This document shows, piece by piece, positions 12,201-24,800 of a stretch of DNA of 64,000 nt; within the stretch, counting starts at the first letter, position 1; every line of letters begins with the position of its first letter. Origin of the DNA: Klebsormidium nitens (taxonomy: Eukaryota; Plantae; Klebsormidiophyceae); assembly GCA_000708835.1 (NCBI GenBank), contig DF237113.1:62001-126000 (forward strand), read 5' to 3'. Position numbers and translations under genes: made by a program. The notes beneath the pieces were generated by a model that saw only the letters and a program-made list of their open reading frames with translations, searched no databases and was not told where the DNA came from.

Positions 12201-13584
12201 ACCAATCAGGATGTGCATACACCCGGGGATGAGGAAAGACACGCGCCATGCCTCAAAGTCGGGCAGCCCGCACTTGCTGATGATGGTGAAGAGAAGGGGC
12301 ATGATCAATTGCGTGGCACCACCCCCGAGGTTGCCCCACCCGGCAGATGCTCCGTTTGCAACTCCCACGATCTTGGGTGTGAACATTGAGCTCATCCAGA
12401 ACTGCAGAGGGGGTTGCGGAAGCCAGGGTTAGCATCATGGGGGAAGGGTGGTCATGTAAGGGGGAGAGGAAAAGAACGAAAGGGAAAGAAGGGTGAGGGC
12501 TGCGGGAGGGAGCCCGCGCACAAGTGGTCAATCTGGAGGGGAAAAACTCAGAACTTTTCAGAGACATGAGGAAGTTGAGACATGACAACACATGTAGATC
12601 AAGAGAGGCTTAAAAGGCCCAAAAATGCTATACCCAGCGGAAAGGTGGAAACTGCATCTGCTAGGCTTAAACATACAACAGCACCCTGTTTGACACTCAA
12701 AAGTCCAAGTTGCTTTTGAACATCGCAAAGTCCTGGCTGTACTACGACGCGAAAGAAAGAGATGCAAAGTGCGATATCGTGCGAGGCAGACATCAACCTC
12801 TTTGCTGCCGATCCGACACCTATCACAGGATTAACGAGACAGATTTACCAGGCAGATCTAGCCCTTAAAATCCCAAGGACAACAATTGCAGACCTGTGTG
12901 CGCTTCAAAGGAGACATGCCCAGCTGACCCGCACAAGTTTCTATCCCAACCTGGCCACCTGGACACCAGATTCGCAACCAACACTAGTTTAGCAACCAAC
13001 AATCAAAGTGTCAGCGTCCCACACTCTGCGGCCGGACTCACCTGTGTTGACACAAATGTTGCGAGCGAGAACCCGATGCACATCCGGCAGATGAGGTACC
13101 CGGTCGCCGTGTGCACGGCCGCCATGCTAAAGACAGCTGGCGCGGTGAGCATCATCAGGAAAGAGTGCCCGAACCTCGGCCCAACCAGATCGCACACCCC
13201 ACCCATGATGACGCGGGAGAAGATGGCCCCCGAGACCGACGCGATCGCGGAGTTTGCGAGCTGGAACTTGTCCATGTCCAGGTTGTCGCGGATAATGGGC
13301 ACGAGCGGGGGCGCCGCGAACGTCGACGTGAAGGCGATGAAGAACGCGAGCCACGAGAGGTGGAACGCGCGCATGTGCGGCATCGCGACCGAGAAGATCT
13401 TCATCCTCGTCGCCTTGTGCTCCGAGTCCACGGGCAGGTCGAACCCGAGCTTCTCGGCATTGGCCTGCGCCGCGAGAGCGTCGTGGTACCCGAAAGTGGA
13501 CTCCTTGCCCGTGACGCCCTTCATCGAGGACCCGGGGGCCCCCTTGGCGTCCATCCCGATGTTGGAACTAGTCTGCTCCGCCAT
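9300..13584 (-). CDS. NRT2: High-affinity nitrate transporter NRT2 (NNP family, MFS)
   Basis: Six exons: 13584-13042, 12401-12177, 11518-11308, 10941-10724, 10134-9985, 9605-9300 (TAG). Motifs: [26 protein letters not shown]...[57 protein letters not shown]...[11 protein letters not shown]. Confidence 0.97.
10412..10686. repeat. Intronic minisatellite, 4 degenerate copies of a ~63-74 bp unit, in NRT2 intron 4
   Basis: Core aacag(t/c)cttgtagtcaaga(g/c)ttg at about 10429, 10503, 10566 and 10629, usually followed by acaacttcgaaatacacatctc. Confidence 0.9.
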
Positions 13585-13723
13585 TGTGCCGCAGTTCAGA
13601 AGCGCGTCCCACAGGGAGAATGTGGGGTGCTGAGAGGAGTCGGGAGTAGGATCAGCAGCCTGGATCACTCGAGCTGGCCAAACTGTTTTGCTCTGCTTCT
13701 GGAGAAAGGAGCCGTTCTTCAAG

Positions 13724-13730
13724 ATTTATA
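13724..13730 (-). promoter_or_regulatory. Candidate TATA box of NRT2
   Basis: TATAAAT on the minus strand ~140 bp upstream of the ATG at 13584; position is plausible but the TSS is not known. Confidence 0.5.
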
Positions 13731-14481
13731 TCGCGCTCTAATGCTAGAAGTCTGCTTCTGTTTTGGATCATGTCAGTAGGGCAGACACTGCATTACCAGA
13801 CGAGTCCTGCAGCTAGCAGGTGGGCCTTTCTGTTCCTTCATGCTGCTACCACATAACATTACACAGTGACAACACTGACTCAGCTCACTGTTCGGCAAAG
13901 CCCCCATGTGACCCCTGTAAGAGGCGGAGAACAGGTCTTCAGACTCTTGTGCTTGCGCAGCGCCCATGACCTGAATCTCTGATTCTGCCGCAACGCAATC
14001 GGGCCTGCTGAGCTGGTCAGCGCAATCGGCCAATCAGCGCTCGGCGTTGGAAGCACGTGGTCCACGGGCAAACGCAAGGGGGACGTCCTTCTCGCCAAAG
14101 GGCGCCGATCAATGATTGGCAGCTCTCAAAAGCTGCGGGCTCTCATTCAGAGCCGTCCGATCGTCCACGCTGGCAACCAGAACCGGAAAGACGCAGAGGA
14201 CGCCGGCAATGGTTGATGACAACATTGTCGGCAGTCGCCAGTGTACGATACACAGTGCACACTGCAGTGTGCACTATTGCACCGTGCGGCGTGCGGTATC
14301 CCGGGCCCGGGGCCGCATTGATCTGAAATTGGGAATTCAAATTTCACAGGGGCGCGCCGCGCCAGCCTCCAGCCCAGATTTTTGTCTGATTCTTTAGTTG
14401 CAATTTGCCGTCGATTACTAAATCGGACGGCTGCATGCTATCCGGAGACACTAGAGTCCACGCTGGCATGCGGTCCGAACC

Positions 14482-14769
14482 CCGGGCCGTACTACAAACC
14501 TGGACGGTGGACCTGGCCGGCAAGATTGAACGATGCACCGGTGCCGAAGGCACCCCACCGGCTGGACATCCGGCAAATGCTGGGCGCCTAGGTAAAACCG
14601 GCGTCCGGTGCATTGACCCGTGTGGCCAGCCGGTAGAAATGTAGGAGGGCCGGTAGACAGCCGGCACCGCGGTGAAAGTTGGTGGCAAGCCCTGGGCCAG
14701 GGCCCAGTAGGGCCTGGCCGGTGGCTACAAGCCCGTACTGAGTATTACAGGTCTTGTAATACGGCCCGG
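14482..14769. mobile_element. MITE-like element bounded by ~22-bp imperfect inverted repeats, upstream of NRT2
   Basis: Left ccgggccgtactacaaacctg (14482-14502); right caggtcttgtaatacggcccgg (14748-14769; reverse complement ccgggccgtattacaagacctg). No coding capacity; no clear TSD. Confidence 0.6.
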
Positions 14770-15863
14770 TCAACCGTCGGGTCATGACTCATCGGTGACC
14801 GGATGGCTAAGCCTAAGTCCGTAGAATGTATAAATCCAAAAACCATCATGGAAGTGTCGAGGACTAGCGTACACCATCTCACCATCCTTAGCTGAGCAAA
14901 ATCCTGATGGTAGGTATTTTGATGATACGCGTAAATCTCATGGTACATTGACACAAATAAACACTGGGCTTAATTGGCTTTCCGTTTACCAGTTCAGCTT
15001 GTGAATGAACTCGCGAGTCGCAGGCCTTCTGAGATCAAGGTCATCTAGAAAGGCTCTTGATATTGCTTTCTCAAAAAGTTTCAGGCCAACTTGAACGTAC
15101 CTTAGTGTTGGGGAAATACCTCCAGCATACACTCAAGCATACCAGTGCAACCTATCAACCACCGAAAATGCGTTAATTGTATGGGATTGTTCCATTCGTA
15201 GATGCTGTAATATACCATAGCATTATGGTATATAGCATATATATGGTATATATGGGCATCATGTATAGCCCATATACCATGCAATCGGTGACCCGGACAC
15301 GTATACACAAATACTCGTGCTGAACCGTCGCGGAGAACGTGTCAAAACACAAACTCAACAAAACGTAAACATGCATTCTGCCACCTTGCTGCACTGTATA
15401 TACACTAATGAACTCGGAAATCTTTTAATTATAGGCTGTAAGAGAATCCTACACATGATCGATCGACCCAGTCAATGTGTATAATTCCATGTTACTATTG
15501 CGCGAGTATGTACTCCGATTGACATGACAGGCAGTGCACCAGCAACCCAATGCGTGCTTGGAAAGAGCCTGCTTTGTGCACGTTGACGTTTGCTAGCCGT
15601 ATGGCTTGGTCCAATGAGCTCGTTCTCTGTTTATATGGTGGATCCTTGTTTATAATACTTACAACCCATCTCAGAACCTATAATGTTCGTGACCTATGAC
15701 CGACTCAGGGGAAACGTGACAAGTTCCTCAATCCAAAGCGATTCGCTGACTGGCAGCCGATGCGCTTATGCAACAAGCACTACCGATCGGACTCCCAAAA
15801 CTCACGGCCGCAGCTGCGCGCAACGCTGGAGTAAATACAGTTTGCCAAATCAACCTCGTTATA

Positions 15864-18800
15864 TTATGCTTGCCCTTGGGGTTCCTGGAGAATCAGGTAG
15901 CGGAAGTCCCATTGATAGCTCTGTACGTCCATGCACTTTGAGCCGTGGCCCTTCTTGCCCAGCAGCCGCTCGCGGATGGCCTGCGCCTGGTTGTCGGTCA
16001 CTTTGGATGCGACCTGAAGTGATGTTCCAGAAATAGGTCAGAAGATTGGTGCATTCGAAGCAGGACATATTTTACCGGAACGGTGTACATTGTTTGAGCT
16101 CAGATCAAACGATCTAAGTGTCGTTGTTCCGTTAAATCTCGAGATTGAACCACAGTCGTCAGCATACACACTGGACACGCGACTGGACTCCAGTGGTAAC
16201 ACGAAGTTGCCTCCTCAACGCAACGACGGTCGAAATGACTCTATAAGAGATGCTGACGTCATTCAAGACCTCGTTCAGGTGTCGGCATGGCACACAAGCT
16301 ACTTTGGAGGAGGGGCTCGAACCGGAGTCCGTATGACTGGTGTTGGATGGTGTCATGCGAATACGGGTGACGAGAACGGCGCCTCTTTGACACTCACCCA
16401 ATCCAAGAGGGATGCGGCGTCGGTGGAGAAATCATTGGCGTACCAGTGCATGATTTTTGGCACCAGGACTTTGCTGCAGCGGCAAAAGACCATTGATTTT
16501 TGAGGATCTCAAGATATTGAGGGTTTTGAATCTGAAAAATAAGAGCTAACTCACTGCAATTGGTGCTACTGCATGCTCCCCCGTAATACCAAAATAGAGA
16601 CAAGGATTCTGTTATCCTGTGATCTTACGGACTTAAAGGAGCTTAGGACGTGCAACCCGCTATGGGCTCGAAGCAATTTATCTTATTGCAATGAAGATGA
16701 TGTCCGTTCACACCGATGGCGTCTACTTGTCCTCGAGTGCGAGTCGTAACCGCTTGCGATATACCAAAGGGTGGAAACCATCAAAATGCATAAAGTGCTC
16801 GGTACTGAAAACTGGGTCGCACAACTCCCCGGTTTTGAGTTCCCGAGAAAGTGATTCGGAAAACAGTTCAGGTTTGAGGCAGCCAAGGAGCCTAGAACTT
16901 TCCAGGTGACGTTCAAACAAGGAAAAATCTAAGTGTGGACGAGATATGAGCAATCTGCAGCGCACTAGTCCAATCGATAAAGTTCAGCGTCGCGGGCGCC
17001 TATGGGCAAACGAGTGAAAGACTTATTTTCTTTTCAGAATCGAAATTCCAAGAAAGTAGAAGCAAAAGGGTATGCAAAGACGAAGCTAAAAGGTAGATCT
17101 GAGGGCCAGTCTACGCGAAAAGACTCTCTGAAGCGCCCACCTGCGCGAGAAGCCCACCGCCGCTCTGAGGAAGTCGCGAGCCGCCGTCTCTAGTTGCTCC
17201 GCGATGGATTCCGCACTGTACACTCGCAGGGCAGGGCCGCTTCGACAGCCGGAACAGAGGGCGAAACTGACCAGCGGTTCGGGCCTGCACGAAGGAAACA
17301 GCAACTCACCATTGATAAGGTTGTTACATTTGAAATTTGGCAATCGAAAAACGGCCCAAGACCCATCAGCCGGAGGTCCGGCTGACCTCAGCCCGTAAGA
17401 CATCTTGATCGGGATGCCCACAACCGCATGCCCCTCGGGATGGGCACTTTACGACCGGACCCGACAGCTGCCAAACTCGTGCAATGTAACCAACAGGGCA
17501 TTTGCCAGAGCCCGATCGGGCCCAGGTCGTCTCGATCGGACCCTGTTTACGCTATAGGTAAAAAGAAAGCACCTCGGAAAGTTAGCAGTCCTAGGGCACT
17601 CCGCGCAAACCCATGGACGGCTACACGGAAATAACTTTGTTATCTTCGCCGCGTGACTCTCAGGAACAGTCCAGATCTTTGATTGCTCGTTGATTGTTGA
17701 CACCAAGATTGCCCGGGGGTCAGCTGCTGGCACTTTCGGATCAAAAAGCACGCGGTGCAAGTATGTTTGATGTGCCCAAAGACAAGAATCGACTAATCGG
17801 GACCAAAGGGCTAGCCTGTGAAGCAAAATGTAACGTCTGTTCCGAGGTGGGCGTCCTCGCTCTTGGACCGATGCATCGGGAATCTACTTTTCGCGCTCTA
17901 GTTTGATCATCCGGAGTCAAAATAGACTCGAAAAGCAGGATAAGAACAGGAACTCATCTCGATCCAGAACATTTCACTTGGTGAGCGCCATTCCAACGAG
18001 GGGCCCTCGCGTTTAACCCGGTCCACCAAGAGTAACAAGAATCTGATTATTGGCGCTCTGGTTTGACTACCCGGGGTTAGAAGCGTAACGAAACAAGGGA
18101 AAGGGTAACAAAGAAGCTTAACCCTGAAACCAAGCACCTGGTGAGCGCCATACCGGCCCGCGGATCCCCGCTCTTGAACCGGTGCACCGGGGAGTAAGAC
18201 GAGTCTACCGCTGCCACTCTTGTTGAAACAGTCAGGGTTAAAGTACAAGGCTACTCCTAAAGGATAGCATCTTAACCTAGACTCCCACTGACCTGGTTAC
18301 CGCCATCCCGGCTCTCGGATCCTGCTCTAGAACCGGTGCACCAGGGAATAACAAGAGTTCAACGCTGGTATTTTTGGTCACACCATTCAGGAGGGACAAA
18401 ACTCTCGTCCAAAAGTACGAGGCTAAATCCGAGCGTCAACCTTATTTTGAAAATACACTGACCTGGATAGAGCCATCCCGCCCCGGGGGTCTCCGCTCTT
18501 GAACCGATGCACAGGGAGCAGCCCCGCCAGCGCCGGGCGGAATGATTGCGCGCGCAGGATTGAGTGCTCTATCTGGAGACTCGAGTAGACGAGTCCGCCT
18601 ATGTGGTAGCACGCGCGCTGCATCAGGAAAATGCGCTTCACGTGGCTCTTGGGCAGGCCGTTCACCAGGTACGCCTGCGGAATGGACTGACGTGTTAGCG
18701 TCCTCGAGCCTTGAGCATTTGGAGTAGCTTGAGTGCGATGCTGAGGTATGTCAACCCGTCACTGCGTCAGCGCGCACGCTGCATGAGCGGAGTGCCAATG

Positions 18801-21800
18801 ACGTCGACCTTGTGTAGGCGTTTCGTGAGGCGTTTTGGGCCCTGCTTTCCAGAATGTGAAGTTTCAACCTGTGTCGCTTAAGCTGGAGAATATAATGCAA
18901 ACCAGGCCGCCAATAATCCGCGCACTGCAGCAGAAGTTGCCGGACAGGGATGTTAAAATGGAGCGGTGCTTCTGCCGCGACTCACGTGCAGCAGAAGCGT
19001 GTTGTAGACGTTGATCCAGAACGCGAGCTTCTCCTCGTGGCTCAGGTCCCGTAATTCAGCATCGATCAGCAACTCCGCCAAGATCCTGTATCAGCACGGG
19101 TATGACTCATGAGAATCACTTGAACCTTGCTCAACGTTGCTGCACCGTAATCTGGCAGCGCAGATATCGGCTCTAAGAACACTTGAATGCTGCCCGGATC
19201 GGCGCTGGCACCCCCAAATAATCAGCACGAGTATGAAAGTACTCGAGTCCCTACGAATGTCGTTGGTACAAGCGTCTAAGAAGCTTACGACAAGCAAGCC
19301 CACTGAACCTGGACGCTTTGCTAAGCAAAGGTCAGGCTGTTCGGCGAAGTTGCAACGCAGCAACTGGCTTTGGTATTAGGGGTCGTCTGTTTGATCACCG
19401 ACCCGATCGCCAACCCAAACAGCCTGTGCCGCTGTCAATGTCTCCTTTTAGAGAACGAATTGCCTCTCGAATCCATTGACACACTCAAATCCAGACTCAG
19501 ATTCGAACGTCAAAGTGACGCCAGCCTCTTCCGCCACCGATGCATGCACAATCTGCCACGGTCCGAAAACCCAGAAGCTCAAATCCATTAACAACCTACT
19601 CCCCCTTCAAAAGTGACTGCGAAAATTTTGAAGCCCCCAAACTCTTCGCTTCATGGAGCAACCTGCCGATTTTAGTGTAAACTAAGTTAGACTAATTTCA
19701 CTCAGCAGCAGGCTGACTAACTTACACTAAACTCTTTACTAGAATTGGCAGGTTGCTCGGGAGAAGCTGTAGAGGGCAGTACCTCACCTGAATTTGAGGA
19801 ACGCCTTCGACTCCATCATCACGCCCGCCTCGCCCTTAATCGTCAGCAGCTCGACCGTAGCCTTATACGCCCCAATATCGTCCACCGCATTATTCACCCT
19901 CACGCCGTAGGGGTCTCCGTTTGCCTGCCTGTGCTGCCCCCCGGCGAGGTAAACGGTCATTATTGCCCGCAGCATGTCTTGCGAGATTTGCAGAGGGGAG
20001 CGGGGTGCAGGGCTCACGGCGCCGAGAGACTCGAGGGAGTGGGAAGAGGGGGAGCGGCGGGGGCTGTTGCGGCCGGAGGTGCTTGCCGGCTCGGAGACCT
20101 GCACTTGGGTGCTTAAAATCTATGGGAAGGACTGAAAAAGTTTCTTGATTCTGGAGCTGATCAAGTGATATTGGCTGTTCTGGTAAGATTTGAGAAGAAC
20201 AAAGCGGCCGAAGGCCGGTACGGCCGACTGAGCTTACAACCTGCCCAGAACTAGGGCGGATGAGGGGGAGAGGTCGAGATTTGGGGTAGGTCAGTGCTCA
20301 AATTGCAGGGTTAGGGTTTCGGCTGCAAGCTTTAGATTTGATTGGCGTGGAGGCGTCGAACAAAGCGTTCTGGGATCAGCGTTCACATTCAGACTTGTCG
20401 GGATCAGGATCTACATTTAGAGGACTCGGGCCACTGTGGCCAAGCTGCTAGCGATCTCAAAAACGACACCTGATTCCAGGTCCGAAAAATAGTGGGTCAC
20501 CAAGAAGATGGTCAACTGCACTGGCTTGCCCCCACAAGAAAAGCTCCTGACCACTCTCCAAACGCTTCTTTATATAGTTGTTTTCGTCATGTTTTGATCA
20601 AGATTTTCCTGCTCACTGGTCGGACATATTCTCGCACCCAAGTAACCCATTGTCAGCGCTTCCGGACAATTCAGCAGCGCGCTCAGATTTCGCTGCGGCC
20701 AGAGCGCCGTAAACGCGACCGTGTCGAACTCATACAGCTGGCCTACTCTTATCGTCCCCCGTTCCCTTGTTTTCCCAAAGTGTTTCCTTTTGTTTGCTTA
20801 TTCTTCGCCGATTAAATGTATTCAAGATAGAACACCAGACGGAGAAGGGGTTAAATACTCGCGGGCCCGTTAATTGGCGCGCTTGCTCGTGTGAAGATTG
20901 CGTTCTATCTATGCTGCAAAAGCATTCACGACGACCATCCGGGGTCTGGAACGGGCATTGCTTCGTCTACTCTTTCCTCTTGTCCAACCCCACAAATGCT
21001 TCCTCGTCGAACTTCTCGTGCCAACAATTGTGATCAGTTCTCACCGGCGTGTTCAGTGGCGCGCTCGTCTTCTCCTGCATCCAGGGCGCCGTCTGCTGCG
21101 GGCGTCCGAAATCGTACAGCTCCAGAACGGTCTCCGCCACCCGAACGTCCGTCAAATCCGCGCCGTTCGATTTCAGCCGCTCAATTTCTTCCACGAGCGC
21201 GCCCCGGTCCTTGTACTGCAAGCAAAGCCGCACTTTTGGGACCTCATGCTTCAAGGAGTGACCATCAATTGGATCAGATTTCCGCAAAAGTTGAGCTCAG
21301 CTCAAGCCGCTTGGTCTTCCAACGCCTTGAAGCTTGTGCCAAAACAGAGTCGGCTATGCAGAGTTTACAGAATCCAGCTGCTGACGGGAAGCTTCTGCAG
21401 GATCGCACTTGAGGACCTCATGCTCCGAGGGGTAAGCATCAGCTCAATTAAGTCTTGCAAAAGCTAAGCTCAGCTAAAGCCGCTTGATATTTCCACGCCC
21501 TGAACTTTGTACTGGCACCAGGTCGGTTACATAGAGGTGCAGAATGTAGACAAGCTGCTAACCAGACCTTCCGATGGATCCAAGCCGCCCATCACCTTCA
21601 CGAGCGCGCCAAGATGCGTCAACCACCACGACACCCATTGCGCCCACTCGAGATGCCACTGTCAGCGGCTGACAGAAGCATGACGTCATCATGGAGAACC
21701 CCTCGCTCACCTCCTCGGTTACTGCTCGGCTGCCCCCGCTGTTGCTTCGGCCATATGCGGCGATGGGCGGTTTGCCAGAGTCGCCGTGGGGCTTTATTGC

Positions 21801-24800
21801 GGTTGCGGGGGGCTGAGACGTGGCTCGATCCAAGCCGAGGGGGCTTCTGGAAGCGATTGGAATAGGGACGCTCGACGCCGTGACAAGACTACCTGCACGC
21901 AATAAGATTGCTTTAGGTTCTGTTACTGCTTCGGGGGGGCTGAGAGCTAGGCCGATCCAAGCCGAGGGGGGCTTTATGAGGCAACCGGCGCACGACGCTG
22001 TGACGAGACAACCTGCACGCAGTGGAAAAGGTGAGGGCTTCAGGCCGTGGGAAACTTGGAAAAATGGAATCTTCACGTATTCTTCGCGCCAACACCTGCG
22101 GACATACTTGATTTGAAATGGTGAGCAGGTGGCCAAGCGGACTGGAGAGCGGCGGCCAGAATTCCTGAGATGCTTGGTAGACTCTTCTAACGTTTGGAAT
22201 TGGAGCCCGCATCGGCACCGAGTGCGTGCGTCGTAGGCGAGACGTGCGGTCAGCCTCGTAGCAAAGCAGGTACCTCTTCGACCATTGTGATAAAAGGGAA
22301 GACATTTGCATCTCACTGCTAAAAGCGCCCGTCCAATCCTTGTCCGGAAGGACCGGAAGCGGGCAGCTGTAAAGGACTTCTCCCAAGGAAGGCACGAACC
22401 ACCGACTCCATCCTTCAAACATTTCCACCTCTGGTCATACGAGCTTAAGCGCGACTACTTACTTGTGGACGGCTCCGCTTGAGATTCGCCCACCGCGAGC
22501 GTCGATGGCCGCCGGCTTGAGGCCTCCGCTGACGCCACAGGGTCCTTGAACTTCAGCGCTGTCCGCTTGTGGGTCCGAAGCTTTGTCGTCACGTGCCACT
22601 GCGATGAAGAATATGGACTGGTTTTTTCGACCGCCCGCTCGTTCAGCATGGTCAGGGGATGGATTCTGCTGCCACGTGCCTGTCTCATACCGGAACACTG
22701 CTCAAGAAACGCTTGCTTGCTGCTCAGTAGATACATTGCCTGGTGTCCAAGTAGTCTAGTGTCCCCATGAATCCAAAAGCATTGAAGAGAAACGTCACCA
22801 CCAATAGTCTCTCCTCTCTGTGGCGCCGACAAAGGAAGTGAAAACTCAACCTGAAGACCGAGACACATACTAGGACATGAATGGAGAAGCTTTTGAATCC
22901 ACTTGGGAAGAAGAGGTCCCATAACCTCGCAGCTATTTCCTAGATAAGACGAGTCCTCTCATTCCGAAAGCCCATGGAATCGACGCATTGCAGGAAGCAC
23001 AAGACGTCTTCTATGTCAGACAAAATGATGAAATGATGCCACGTCATCGGATGCGCACCTCTCCAAAGCACGCGGCGCAGAATATCTCTCCGCACGTCTC
23101 GCATGCAAAGCTGGCCCGTGACACACCGCCCCGCCCCTGCGCACAAACCTGGCACCGCTCGTCCTCCGGCACGGAGGCGGAATCCGGCGAAACGGTCAGC
23201 CGGAAGGAGTTCCGCAGGCCGAATGAGACGCCCATATCTGTACCACAGAGCGGTTTCGAACTCAGTTGGGAGTTTTCATTAACCATTCCACACCTTCCGT
23301 TCTATAACGACAGAAAGGTGCTTTTGTTCAGACAGGAAGTGTCCAAAAAGTGTCCACTTCAGTGAACAGCATCTTGCATGCGTACTCAAGCTGCATCCGC
23401 ATTACAACGAGGCCGAACAATCAGCGTAGCAGCACCCGTGCAAGTATGCGCCGGCCCTTCCGAGAGTCCCAAACTTCTACCAGTACGCAGCACGGAGCCT
23501 GCATCAGCTTCCTATTCCAAGGCCCAAAGAGGCCTTATGAACGTTGCAATCGTCAGGAGACTGCAGAGTACGGAATGGCTAAGCTAACAGGAATGTCTCG
23601 CTACCGTCAATAGATCGAAGTCGAACGATGGGCGATTTACAGCTGTTGTTATTGAAAAGGCTGTTCTTAACTTGGCCGAAACTCCATCCGGAACCCAGAT
23701 CGTGCTGCCCAAGGCCAAGTCTTGCAGACTGGACTCATTATTTAAGAGTCGGACAGCTGCGGAGCGACTTCGATTATCAAGAAATTCTGCGATCCGCCTG
23801 GTGTTACCTGGCTCCGACGTCCAGGCCCTGTAGACGACAGAGTTGTACCACATACCTGGCTCCGGTTCGCTGTCCTCGGGCGACCCCCACTCCATCAGGG
23901 CCTCGTAGAACTCCGCCTCCATGTCTGACGTGTCGCTCTCCTCATCCACCGAGCTGCGCGGCCCGCCAGTCTCGCTGCCGCTCTCCCAGGAGTCGTCCCG
24001 CCGGATGCGCCGCCTTTCGCCTCTTCTATCCTCCTGCAAAACTGACGCTGCGTGTGTGAGAAATGTTGGGATGTTGTCGAGGGGAGGGGTCTTGCAAGTT
24101 TTCAGGCCCGGTTGCGATTGCTGGACTGGTTGGAGGACGTCCAGCCGAATGCGACGCCTTTCGCCTCTTCTATCCTCCTGCAAAGCCGACGCTTTGCAGG
24201 TGAGGAAGCTTTTGAGTATCATCGACTGCTTCCCTTTAGGCAGAGTCTTCCTATTGAGCCGTTTGGTCTCAGGAGTTTCAAGGAGTGACGGTGGCACCGG
24301 GTGCGCTTTTCGCGTGTTTCCCTCCTGCAACATTGCAAAGGGCAACCTTTCAAGACGCGAGGATTTGACTTCTCTAATAGGGTTGTCCCTTTTAAAACCT
24401 AGAATTGAAGCATCATCTTCTAGCTGTACAATGCTAGTTGTCGGCCTTTTTATTATACTGTGGAGTGCGCGCATCAGTGGCCGATGGAGTCTGTCCGCCA
24501 GACTCGGTCTGCATTTAAAGGATTGTCACGAGAAACGTTTCATTGACGGTTCATTTTTGTTCTGTCCCAATCTGGCATCGTGTGATCTTTTTCCACAGCA
24601 GCAACCATCTCCGGATGCCTTCTTTTCGACTATTTTGCCATACCTTGAAAGCCTCAAAAGGACAATACACACATGCCGACGGTATCAACGAACGAAAGCT
24701 TACCTCGCCCTTCCTGTCTCGCAGTTTGCCACGTGGCGCATCCTGACTCGACGCCACGCTAGCCGCGTCGTCCTCTATGACCATCGGCTTGCCCGTCTTG

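Noticed and set aside
13111-13779. Long + strand ORFs opposite NRT2 (also 9165-9563, and the alternative-frame ORF 9208-9756)
   Set aside because: Shadow ORFs of GC3-rich NRT2 exons; no recognisable motifs.
9300-15800. Possible nitrate-assimilation gene cluster around NRT2
   Set aside because: No nitrate reductase, nitrite reductase or NAR2 exons recognised in the window; the neighbours are unrelated.
16090-16503. 137-aa + strand ORF
   Set aside because: Overlaps DUF547 exon 15 and its intron in antisense; no motif support.
20620-20760. Open minus-strand stretch (GQLYEFDTVAF...) as an extra exon between exons 10 and 11
   Set aside because: No convincing splice pair, and exons 10 and 11 already join in phase.
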